A DNA stretch of 64,000 nt from Bacteroidia bacterium (GTDB taxonomy: Bacteria; Bacteroidota; Bacteroidia; SpSt-205): assembly GCA_026414975.1 (NCBI GenBank), contig JAOAHZ010000001.1:247547-311546 (forward strand), given 5' to 3'. The notes under the pieces are model-generated. The model made no database searches. It was not told the origin of the DNA and saw only the letters and a program-made list of their open reading frames with translations. The translations under genes were made by a program, and so were the position numbers. This document shows positions 46,834 through 55,615 of the stretch, piece after piece. Position 1 is the stretch's first letter. Every line of letters begins with the position of its first letter.

Positions 46834-48645
46834 TTACGCCTCTTTTCTAATGGTGTGATAGGGCAGCAGAAGGCCGCTCTGTTGAGCTAGCTCTACGCGC
46901 TGTTTTAGGAGCACCTGATGAATGACTAAATGTTCATTATAGGTCGGACTTTCAGGCTCTAATGTACGCAGGATGGATAGGTTCTCCTCTAAAAGCTGTT
47001 GTATGTGGTTCAGGTGGAGGAGATTCAAGTTTGTCTCAACGACTCTGAGGACATCCTCTTCTAAGGGACTATCATCCCACGATTGCCAGTGAGGGCTGAG
47101 CGTATACCGCTCCATCAAGACTTCGCTTAGCCAGTCCTGAGCTTCGGGTTCAAGTTGTTCTGCTAAATCGGAAAAAATGGGGGGGTCGTTTTTCACCCAG
47201 TCGCAGAAGACACGACGCACCTTTTCAGCGGTAGAGTCAGCGAAGCTTAGATGGCGAAGCTCTTCTTGAAGGAGCCTCCATACAGGAATACCTCCATACA
47301 TAGCTGTAGGATAGCTCAAAGCCATCCGAAGAAGTTCTCTCTCTGCTGTAATCCGCTGAGGACTGTAAAAATGAGGGGCAAGTGCTACGGGCCTTTCTAC
47401 TCGGGCGTAGCTATCCCAAAAATCCAGAGGAATTTTTAGGGCTCTTTCTATCTCCTCTGCATAAACGCGTCTCAGAACAGGATCGGGGATAGTGTGTAGA
47501 GCTTCACCGAGTTTCTGGATGAGCTGATATCGCTGTTCTGGCGTATCATGGGGGATATGCTGAATGAAGAAGATAGGCCAGGTTTGGGTGTTTTGGAGGA
47601 GTTCTCTTAAGGCGGCTGGACCTTGGGTTTTGATTAGTTCATCGGGGTCCTTGGCTGAGGATAGAGGGGCTACGCTCACAAAAAATCCCGCAGATAAGGC
47701 TGAAAGAGTAGCTCGTTGGGTCGCTGAGTGTCCTGCTTCGTCGTTATCGTATAGGAAAATGAGCCTACGTGTATAGCGCTTTAGTCTGTGGAGATGTTCG
47801 GTGGTGAGAGCCGTACCACAGGTTGCTACGGCTTCTGGGAAGCCGGCTTGATGAAGGCTAATCACATCCATATACCCTTCTACGACTAAGGCGGGTTTGT
47901 CTTTGCGCAGAGCAGAGCGTGCCTGATATAGCCCATAAAGGATGTCGGACTTTTGATAGAATGGTGTATCGGGTGAGTTGAGGTATTTAGGTTCTTCTGT
48001 TCCTAAGCTCCGCCCAGCAAAGGCAATCACAACGCCCTGTTCATCTTGAATGGGAAAGATAACACGACCTCGGAAGCGGTCATAAAGTCGCCCTGTGTTT
48101 TCACTGCGGGCAACTAGGCCGGCTTGTATCAGTAGCTCCTCCGCATAACCTAATCGCAGGAGATAATCAGCGAGAGCTTGTCCATCGGGAGGCGCATACC
48201 CTAACTGAAACACCTCTATTGTTTCTGGGAGTAAGCCGCGCTGGCGGATGTAGGCTTCAGCTGGAGAGCCAGCAAAGTGAGCCCTGTAGAATCTAAGCGT
48301 CTCCTGATAGAGATGTATGTAGCGTTGGCGCTCTTTTGTCTGAGAAAGGGCTTTGTCTGGGGCTTGGGGAAGGGGTATGTTGTATCGCTGGGCGAGCTTG
48401 TGGAGAGCTTCTCTATAAGATAGACCTTCCATCTCCATCACGAAGCGAATAACATCCCCACCCTTGCCCGTAGAAAAGCACTTGAAGATTTGTTTAGTGG
48501 GGCTTACAGCAAAGGAGGGCGTTTTTTCTGGTTTGAAGGGGGATAAACTCCAATAGTTTGCCCCTTTCTTCTTGAGAGGCAGGTACTCGCTGACGACCTC
48601 TACAATATCAGCGTGTCTCAGTACAGCCTCTCGGAGCCAACTCAT
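46834..48645 (-). CDS. dnaG: DNA primase
   Basis: EKTPSF, DRFRGRVIFPI, KYLNSPDT, VEGYMDV, GTALT and YDNDEAG (TOPRIM). Confidence 0.95.
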   Translation of the reverse strand: MSWLREAVLRHADIVEVVSEYLPLKKKGANYWSLSPFKPEKTPSFAVSPTKQIFKCFSTGKGGDVIRFVMEMEGLSYREALHKLAQRYNIPLPQAPDKALSQTKERQRYIHLYQETLRFYRAHFAGSPAEAYIRQRGLLPETIEVFQLGYAPPDGQALADYLLRLGYAEELLIQAGLVARSENTGRLYDRFRGRVIFPIQDEQGVVIAFAGRSLGTEEPKYLNSPDTPFYQKSDILYGLYQARSALRKDKPALVVEGYMDVISLHQAGFPEAVATCGTALTTEHLHRLKRYTRRLIFLYDNDEAGHSATQRATLSALSAGFFVSVAPLSSAKDPDELIKTQGPAALRELLQNTQTWPIFFIQHIPHDTPEQRYQLIQKLGEALHTIPDPVLRRVYAEEIERALKIPLDFWDSYARVERPVALAPHFYSPQRITAERELLRMALSYPTAMYGGIPVWRLLQEELRHLSFADSTAEKVRRVFCDWVKNDPPIFSDLAEQLEPEAQDWLSEVLMERYTLSPHWQSWDDSPLEEDVLRVVETNLNLLHLNHIQQLLEENLSILRTLEPESPTYNEHLVIHQVLLKQRVELAQQSGLLLPYHTIRKEA

Positions 48646-48649
48646 GCCT

Positions 48650-48694
48650 CTAAGATAGGGGTTTGCAGGAAATATCCGTGGCTCTTTACCTTTG
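48650..48694. promoter_or_regulatory. Divergent promoters for dnaG (TATCTTAG, minus 48650-48657) and hpf (TTTG-N21-TACCTTTG, plus 48662-48694)
   Basis: Canonical Bacteroidota -33/-7 spacing for hpf; the boxes are 4 and 7 nt from the starts. Confidence 0.65.
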
Positions 48695-48701
48695 TGTAAC
48701 T

Positions 48702-48995
48702 ATGCGATACGAGATTCACCCTGGTAGCGCTAAAGTCAGCCCAGCTCTCACCGAATATGTGGAAGCCCGCATGAATAGGCTTTTTCAGGATTTTGCGTTT
48801 ATCCTGCACGGAGATATTTACCTCCATGAGGCCGGTGTGAAAAGCCCCTCGCATGAAGTTCGTTTGCGCGTACAGGTGCCAGGTGAGACCCTTATCGCTG
48901 AGGAAAAAGCGAATAACTTTCAGGAGGCTTTTGATGCTACGCTGGCAGCGGTACGCCGCCAGCTCACGCGGTACAAAGAGACGATCCGTTCGTGA
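48702..48995 (+). CDS. hpf: Ribosome hibernation promoting factor (HPF/RaiA)
   Basis: VSPALTEYVEARM, VPGETLIAEE and AVRRQLTRYKE. Confidence 0.88.
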   Translation: MRYEIHPGSAKVSPALTEYVEARMNRLFQDFAFILHGDIYLHEAGVKSPSHEVRLRVQVPGETLIAEEKANNFQEAFDATLAAVRRQLTRYKETIRS

Positions 48996-49170
48996 AGTGA
49001 AACCGTTTCTTGCACCTTGGATAGCTAACCTTACGACCTGCCTAACTGCTAAAAGCCTTAGTTCGGGCCTGTTTCCAAAGTGCCAGGTCCCCCGCGGGGG
49101 TTTGACAGGTATTGAAGAGGCGTGTTCTTCCAGCTTTGGGCGATTTTACCTCAATCTTAGCTGTGCTGAA

Positions 49171-50148
49171 TCACGGACGGTAGCCGGCTGATTCATAGAG
49201 CTGTCGGTATCGTTCTATGGGCATTTCCAAGAGTTCGCGTAGCGACACTCCCTTTTTGTCGGCATACCGCCGAACGGCTTGCCATCCGAAATACCAGCCT
49301 AACCGAGGGGGGGAGTCTCGTCCAAAGTCTTTGGTAAAGGGTTCTTCGCCGATGTACGGCTGGATAGTAAAGTAGCGACTTTCTTGCAGGTAGGGTAGGA
49401 GTTCCTTGTATGCAAAGCGGGCATTTTCCTTTAGCCAGTCTAAATGGGCTTGGGTATAAAATAGCCGAAGTGTATCGGGCAGCTCGGGGAGGAGCTTTTC
49501 TAAGGCATATAGCTGAATGCCATGCCACACCATGTAGTCTACCATCTTAGGTAGATGATGAGGAGCCAGCTTAGGCATCTTATGACGGATGAGGCGTAAG
49601 GCTACAAAGACAGGGAAATGAGCCTCTGTGAGACGCCTCCGAATAAAGTAGGGTAAGTCAGGCGGGTAAAATCCAAAAGTATCTGAGATGAAGTAATGAA
49701 GGCCTATCATGAGATGCTTTTCGCAGAGCTGGCACATGTCCTGCTCCATCGTCAGAGCCCCTACAGGCGCATAGCCTGTTACGAAGGTTACGACTTGGGG
49801 CAAAGAGTCATGCGGATAAAGGAGCTTCCAACGCTGGAAAAGCGGCTTGAGTTTGCTCACAAAATCATAGTTGGGAGGATAGCGTTGCAGAACCGTGTCT
49901 ATAAGCCATTTGAATAAGCTATCGCTGCGAAGTCGGTTTATGTCTTCTTGGTAGATGCTATCGGGTACACTTTCTCCCTCATACACACAGTCATAGAAAA
50001 ATGTTCGCAAGCGAATGGAATCAAGAGGGGCAGGGGAGAGTTGGCGGAGGGCTATTTCGCCTCGCCATACCTGAAAAGGTATGTCAGGCAGGCGCTCTTC
50101 TCTTTGGCAGGCGTTCAGTATAAGCCCACATAGCGACGCAAGAGCCAT
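49171..50148 (-). CDS. gldB: Gliding motility lipoprotein GldB-like
   Basis: Lipobox LNA|C; C-terminal PFTKDFGRDSPPRLGWYFGWQAVRRY...YESAGYRP. Confidence 0.7.
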   Translation of the reverse strand: MALASLCGLILNACQREERLPDIPFQVWRGEIALRQLSPAPLDSIRLRTFFYDCVYEGESVPDSIYQEDINRLRSDSLFKWLIDTVLQRYPPNYDFVSKLKPLFQRWKLLYPHDSLPQVVTFVTGYAPVGALTMEQDMCQLCEKHLMIGLHYFISDTFGFYPPDLPYFIRRRLTEAHFPVFVALRLIRHKMPKLAPHHLPKMVDYMVWHGIQLYALEKLLPELPDTLRLFYTQAHLDWLKENARFAYKELLPYLQESRYFTIQPYIGEEPFTKDFGRDSPPRLGWYFGWQAVRRYADKKGVSLRELLEMPIERYRQLYESAGYRP

Positions 50149-51992
50149 TCGGCGGAAAGGAGAGTAAGGATAAGGGCGAGCCATAGGCTCCACTCATGGA
50201 AAGGTATAGTAAGTCGCTGCGAAGTTATGAAAGCGGATGCAGGTAGAGCAGCCTTTAGGCTCTCTGGAATAGCCGCTCTATTTTCCCAAGGTATGTATCG
50301 CCCCCCCGTAGAACGAGCAATGTAAGCTAAGTAAGTCGTATCGCGTCCAAGATTCTGGAGCTCGGCCGACCCGCTTTCCACTAGCAGGGCGCCAGAGAAG
50401 AGGGTGGTTTGTCCGTCGCTTACCTTATAGGCGTAGACCCCTGGTGTGTCGGGCATCCAGAAAGCTTCTTGTATGCCTTCGGGACGGGATTGGAGAGGCA
50501 GCGAGCGGCCTGCAACAGTAAGACTTGCTCCAGCAGGCAAGAACCCAGACCAAACGACTGCTTCACCTAAGGGCACGGGATTGCGCTTTGGCGCAAACAC
50601 CCATCGGCTTCGCTGTAATCGCAGCCCCTCCTGGAGCTCAGCAAAAAATACTGAATCCCACTGCTGCTCCAAAACTGGAGAACCCCGAAGTCGCCACCAT
50701 CCTTCCCCAGCTAACACAACCCGCAGCTGATTGCCTCGATAGAGCTTATAGCCGATGGGCCGCCCCCACCCTAAGTCTATAGGTTGAGCTCCTAAGGGAG
50801 GTCCTACGGTGCGAAGGTAGAGCGTTACATCCCCTTGTAAAGAATGACTAACCAGACTGCCCCATTGTCTTAGGCCTACCTTTTGGAGAAAGATTTCGGA
50901 GGGCTCTATGGCTCCCCAGCTTAGCCAGAGGTAAGCGCTTGTTGAGAAGAGCCTCTCTGCCCACGGTTCATCCTCCGAACGAGCGGGAAAATTGTAGAGT
51001 AAATGCAGGTCTTGCGGCTGCCACTGTAGCGTTTCGGGATTGACCGTGTAGCCTGCAGGTTTGCGAGCTGCTATGAGATAAACAGAACCCAATCGCTCCA
51101 AACGGCTCCGTAAAAAGGCAATATCGGGTGTGATTTCCCCAGCCCAGAGAAAAATGCGGACTTTTTCGGGGTGAATCTCTACGAGGACCGTACGCTGATT
51201 GTTAGTTGGATTGGGGTCGGCGGGGTCTTGTACCTCAAAGGAGAGGGTATGAAAGCCTGCTGGAAGGGGGGGGAGCCGCAGGCTATAGCGCTGGCTACCA
51301 GCTGGTATAGAGAGGAGCACCTGTCCCTTGGGATGCTTAGCGATAAGGCGACTCGGGCGGTCTGCATGGCGTAGCCGCAGCTCTACGGCTATCTCCTCCT
51401 TTTCGGTAATCCAAGGCGGCAGGTCTACACTTTCTAATCGTAGGTCTTGAATAGGCGCAGCTGGTCCGACCCCTATCGTCCAAATAGGGGCCTCAGAGGG
51501 GAGGGCCGCAGACTCCCCATTTTCTTGACCGTCCGACAGGACAACGAGGGCGGCGGCTTGGGGGTGGCTTCCCAGGGCTTGTCGTATAGCTAAGGTTAGT
51601 TGACTTATTTGCCCGCGTCCCGTCAGACTATCCAAAGGCTGTAACCCTCTGTCAAATGCATATGAAACGGTGCGCAGCCCTTTTTCTTCTAACTCTCTCG
51701 TTAGGCTCTTTATACCCTCTGAGTAGGTTTGAAGGAACTGGGCGTCTCTCCAAAACACACTTTCGCTGTTATCAGCCAAAAGGACAACTAGGGGTTTCTC
51801 TTCTGATGAGATGTGCCGAATCAAAAGCGGCTCACTCAAGAGAAAAAGTAGGGCCCACACGGCCGCAGCCCGCAGGGTCGCCAAAGCTAATAGCCATCCT
51901 TTCGGGACTCGTACAGGTAGCCGATAATAGCTCCATAGGGCAAACCCTATCGCTATTAGGGCTGCGGCGGCTCCTCCTACAGCAACGCTCAT
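50115..51992 (-). CDS. Membrane-anchored VWA-domain protein
   Basis: N-terminal TM pair, DNSES MIDAS-like motif, VLSDG and C-terminal TM LLSAEWLLRR. Confidence 0.75.
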   Translation of the reverse strand: MSVAVGGAAAALIAIGFALWSYYRLPVRVPKGWLLALATLRAAAVWALLFLLSEPLLIRHISSEEKPLVVLLADNSESVFWRDAQFLQTYSEGIKSLTRELEEKGLRTVSYAFDRGLQPLDSLTGRGQISQLTLAIRQALGSHPQAAALVVLSDGQENGESAALPSEAPIWTIGVGPAAPIQDLRLESVDLPPWITEKEEIAVELRLRHADRPSRLIAKHPKGQVLLSIPAGSQRYSLRLPPLPAGFHTLSFEVQDPADPNPTNNQRTVLVEIHPEKVRIFLWAGEITPDIAFLRSRLERLGSVYLIAARKPAGYTVNPETLQWQPQDLHLLYNFPARSEDEPWAERLFSTSAYLWLSWGAIEPSEIFLQKVGLRQWGSLVSHSLQGDVTLYLRTVGPPLGAQPIDLGWGRPIGYKLYRGNQLRVVLAGEGWWRLRGSPVLEQQWDSVFFAELQEGLRLQRSRWVFAPKRNPVPLGEAVVWSGFLPAGASLTVAGRSLPLQSRPEGIQEAFWMPDTPGVYAYKVSDGQTTLFSGALLVESGSAELQNLGRDTTYLAYIARSTGGRYIPWENRAAIPESLKAALPASAFITSQRLTIPFHEWSLWLALILTLLSAEWLLRRYVGLY

Positions 51993-52939
51993 AGCTCCCC
52001 TGCAATGATATACTGGTCCCGAGTCGGCGACTGCCGCAGTATAAGTTCGCCTAAAAAGCCCGTCAGAAATAGCTGCACGCCCATCAATAGAATCGTAGTA
52101 CCCAAATAGAAAAGAGGCTGCTGGACGACCTCACGCCGCACTGTGCCATATGCTCGGAGTTGGAAGAGCTTATCGGCTATGAGCCACCCAACAATCCCTA
52201 ACCCAACCATGAACGATAGGATTCCCAAGCTACCGAAAAAGTGCATGGGGCGCCGTCCAAATCGGCTCAAAAAGCTAACGGTCAGCAAATCCAGAAAACC
52301 GTACAAGAACCGCTCCCATCCAAACTTGGTGTAGCCATACTTACGGGGATAGTGCGTAACCACCTTCTCGCCTATCTTCTTGAATCCGGCGGCTTTCGCT
52401 AAGTAGGGGATGTAGCGGTGCATTTCGCCGTACAGGTCTATGGATTGGGCAACGCGAGCCCGATAAGCCTTGATACCGCTATTGAAGTCATGGAGGGGTA
52501 TGCCTGAGACAAGTCGTACTACGGCGTTGAAGAGGCGGCTGGGGAGGCGCTTGGAAAGGGGGTCTTGGCGCTTTTTTTTCCATCCGCTCACGAGGTCGTA
52601 TCCCTGTCGGGTAATCATGTCGTACAGGGCAGGGATCTCATCGGGTGAATCTTGGAGGTCAGCATCTAAGGTAATGATTACCTCGCCTCGAGCTTTGCGA
52701 AAGCCGACATGAAGAGCAGCCGATTTACCATAGTTGCTCAAGAATCGCACTACCCGGAGGAAGGGGTACCGCTGCTTTAGCGATTCTAAGACGCTCCAGG
52801 TATCATCGGTGCTGCCATCATCTACAACGATAACTTCGTACGCTGCATAGCGTCCATCACACACGCGGTGAATCCACTCTATGAGTTCGGGCAAAGACTC
52901 GGCTTCATTGTAGGCAGGGATGACAATGGAAAGCTCCAC
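51989..52939 (-). CDS. GT2 polyprenol-phosphate glycosyltransferase (ArnC/DPM-like)
   Basis: IPAYNE, VDDGSTD, NYGKSAAL, LDADLQD and GEMHRYIP; two C-terminal TM helices. Confidence 0.92.
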   Translation of the reverse strand: MELSIVIPAYNEAESLPELIEWIHRVCDGRYAAYEVIVVDDGSTDDTWSVLESLKQRYPFLRVVRFLSNYGKSAALHVGFRKARGEVIITLDADLQDSPDEIPALYDMITRQGYDLVSGWKKKRQDPLSKRLPSRLFNAVVRLVSGIPLHDFNSGIKAYRARVAQSIDLYGEMHRYIPYLAKAAGFKKIGEKVVTHYPRKYGYTKFGWERFLYGFLDLLTVSFLSRFGRRPMHFFGSLGILSFMVGLGIVGWLIADKLFQLRAYGTVRREVVQQPLFYLGTTILLMGVQLFLTGFLGELILRQSPTRDQYIIAGEL

Positions 52940-55258
52940 TTAGAGACCTAGAATTTTGAGTTCGGTGCGCCGATTTTTTTGCTTGTTCTCTGGCGTGTCG
53001 TTAGGGGCTACGGGACGCGATTCGCCGTACCCCCGAGCTATGAGTCGTCCAGACTCAATCCCTCTGGAGATGAGATAGTCCACCACCGCTTGAGCCCGAG
53101 CTTGGGAGAGTCGTAGGTTGTACGCCTCCGAGCCATCGCTATCGGTATGACCTGCGATTTCTACCCGAACCGATGGGTTCTCTCGGAGAAACTTTGTCAC
53201 GCGCTCTAACTCCTCTATGGACTCTGGGCGCAGCGTAGCTTTATCGTAGTCAAAGTAGATATTTCGCAAGACAATCGCTTTCTCCGCCTCTACGGGAGCC
53301 AGAAGAAAGTCTCGCTTGGTCCCGCCCTCTGGTATCTCTATAGAGTCTCGGTAGGGGAAATAGCCTTTATGAATAATCTCTACATAGTAAAATCCAGCCG
53401 GCAGACAGCCTTTGAAGCTGCCGCTGGCTTGAGAGGTTATACGACGGCGAGTCCCGCTGCGGTCTACGAGGAAAATAGCTACATCTCGGAGGGGTGTGCG
53501 TTGGGTCTGGCTGAGTACGAAGCCCTCTATACAGGTCTTTGTAGCGGCGGCTGGGGAAAGGGTCAAGTCCACACGCAAACCTTGCGGATAATGCTCCCGA
53601 CCGAGCGAAAAGATCTGCATAGCCGGCTCATACCCTTGAGCTTCTCCTTGAAGGCGATGGTTGATTCCCAAGGGGGCTTGCGTTTCGTAATAGCCCTTGG
53701 CATTTGTTACGAGCTCCCCGATAACTTCGCCGGCTTGGGTGGTGAGACGAACCGTGGCGTTAGAAATAGGTGTATTTTTCCCCGCCTCGGTTACGTAGCC
53801 AAAGACCCGCAGCCGCTGAACCCGACGTAGCACTAAATCCCGATTGACACCGTTTCGGCGGATGGAGTCGGGAATGTCTTGAAGTTTAGGCAAAACAATA
53901 CGCTCTTCCACTGAGGGATACCCAGGCGCCGTACCTTTCAGCAGTAGGATATGGCGCCCTCCTGTTACTTCAAACTGAAAGGGCTTGCCTGGGGTATAAC
54001 GCTGTACCTGAAAGGCTTCTTCTCTGCCACCCACTCGTTCTAAAGCGGTAGTATCTATGAGGGAAACATTGCCTGCAATCTCCTCTCCTGTGTCTCCATC
54101 TATGAGCCGTCCCCGAATAGCTATCATGACAGGCTTCGGAGGATTGACGGGGATGTTGCGATGCACATTGATAGCATGATCATGGACGGAGGTGGTGATG
54201 AAGTCCACGTTGTCATCTCCATTGACGTCGCCGAGGCTAAGCGAAATAGGCCACTGGCCTGTGCCGATACGATGGCGGTCAGATAGACGACCTTTACCAT
54301 CGTTGAGGTGGACATTAATAACATTGTCTCGGGCCGAAACCGTAACCACATCTAAATCGCCATCCTTGTCAAAATCCCCCAAGTAAAGAGCAAAGTTGTA
54401 GTTTCCAGAAGGTTGGATTTGCGGCTCTTCCCAGCGACCGTAGCCCGCGTTGAAGAATGTGGCAATGGAAGTACCGATGTAAGTGCCGATGACGATATCT
54501 GGTCGATTGTCTTTATTTAGGTCTCCTATATCCAAGGCCCAAATGGAAGCTGGGGAACTAAGACGCTGTCCCTCTCCAGCATAACCGTTTTTCCCATAGA
54601 ATATCAGGAGAAAAGGTTCTTCCCCGCCTACGACGATATCTACTTTGCCATCTCGGTCTAAATCCCCAGCGGCAGCAGCTCGGGGACGATTAGGGGCGCG
54701 GAGAACTTTATACCCTTGTAGGCTTCCTCTGACATTACGAAGCAAATATAGGCTGCCCTCATCATGACATACAACCCCTACATCTAACTGTCCATCCCCA
54801 TCCCAATCACCGCTGATGAGATGGTGGGGACCCTTGCCCACCGAAAGAGAACCAGAAAGCGGAAGGCTGCCCCGTTTGTCGTTAATGTGCCAGCCTACTC
54901 TGCCTTCGCTGTACGAGATGACTACAATGTCCATGGCTCGGTCTTGATTGAGGTCTATAGCAAGGGGCTTCCACACATCCTTAAGCGAAGCGAAGACAAA
55001 GTTGCGAGGGAACTCAGCTTGGCGGTTATTTACATATAATGCTATCTTTCCCTCTGAGCGGCAGGCTGTTACGATATCCTCCCACTCATCGCCTGTGAAG
55101 TCAAAAACCGCCGTGCCCCATGGATTGCGGCAGCTGGCTATAGGGTAGTTGGGTAAAAAGACTTGACCCGAAATAAAAATGGTGCTGTCCTTTCCAGAAC
55201 GATTGAGCAGCTGTGCCCAAAGGACCCCTTCTATCAGCAGCCCGAGCAAGAGCCACAT
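52940..55258 (-). CDS. FG-GAP/VCBS propeller plus carboxypeptidase-regulatory-like domains plus OmpA domain
   Basis: Repeated GDxDxDGxxD motifs; NIYFDYDKATL...GHTDSDG...NRRTE; signal ...VLWA|Q; TATTTTTG box at 55263-55270. Confidence 0.85.
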   Translation of the reverse strand: MWLLLGLLIEGVLWAQLLNRSGKDSTIFISGQVFLPNYPIASCRNPWGTAVFDFTGDEWEDIVTACRSEGKIALYVNNRQAEFPRNFVFASLKDVWKPLAIDLNQDRAMDIVVISYSEGRVGWHINDKRGSLPLSGSLSVGKGPHHLISGDWDGDGQLDVGVVCHDEGSLYLLRNVRGSLQGYKVLRAPNRPRAAAAGDLDRDGKVDIVVGGEEPFLLIFYGKNGYAGEGQRLSSPASIWALDIGDLNKDNRPDIVIGTYIGTSIATFFNAGYGRWEEPQIQPSGNYNFALYLGDFDKDGDLDVVTVSARDNVINVHLNDGKGRLSDRHRIGTGQWPISLSLGDVNGDDNVDFITTSVHDHAINVHRNIPVNPPKPVMIAIRGRLIDGDTGEEIAGNVSLIDTTALERVGGREEAFQVQRYTPGKPFQFEVTGGRHILLLKGTAPGYPSVEERIVLPKLQDIPDSIRRNGVNRDLVLRRVQRLRVFGYVTEAGKNTPISNATVRLTTQAGEVIGELVTNAKGYYETQAPLGINHRLQGEAQGYEPAMQIFSLGREHYPQGLRVDLTLSPAAATKTCIEGFVLSQTQRTPLRDVAIFLVDRSGTRRRITSQASGSFKGCLPAGFYYVEIIHKGYFPYRDSIEIPEGGTKRDFLLAPVEAEKAIVLRNIYFDYDKATLRPESIEELERVTKFLRENPSVRVEIAGHTDSDGSEAYNLRLSQARAQAVVDYLISRGIESGRLIARGYGESRPVAPNDTPENKQKNRRTELKILGL

Positions 55259-55327
55259 GCCCCAAAAATACGACAACCCCCTTGCGATGTACAGAAGTTT
55301 GTACCTTTGAGGGACACAGAGAGTTTT

Positions 55328-55615
55328 ATGGAAGGGCGAGAGGTGTATTCAGTCAAAGTACGCGCGGGGAAGCGAACTTATATTTTTGACGTGCGGGCCA
55401 CGCGCAATCGGGACTATTACATCACTATCACAGAGACTCGTCGCGATTTCTCAGGCGAAGTGAGTCAGAAGCAGAAAATCTTCCTGTACAAAGAGGATTT
55501 TGTCAAGTTTCAGCGGGCTCTGGATCAGGTTATCTCTCATGTGCGGACAGACCTTCTGCCAGATTATGAGTACGAGCGTCCCGCTCCGGATAGCGACGAG
55601 AGAGGATCATACTGA
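55328..55615 (+). CDS. DUF3276 (PUR-alpha-like nucleic-acid-binding protein)
   Basis: VRAGKRTYIFDV, YITITE and KIFLYKEDF; TACCTTTG box at 55302-55309. Confidence 0.9.
   Translation: MEGREVYSVKVRAGKRTYIFDVRATRNRDYYITITETRRDFSGEVSQKQKIFLYKEDFVKFQRALDQVISHVRTDLLPDYEYERPAPDSDERGSY

Noticed and set aside
48996..49170. Possible tRNA cluster after hpf, and the palindrome CCCCCGCGGGGG at 49089-49100
   Set aside because: No cloverleaf or T-loop consensus seen. The palindrome has a short stem and weak U-tract, too little to call a terminator.
53369..53830. 153-aa plus-strand ORF inside the FG-GAP/OmpA gene, and the many other 60-150 aa nested ORFs
   Set aside because: They overlap confident genes in other frames and lack motifs, as expected by chance at this GC content.
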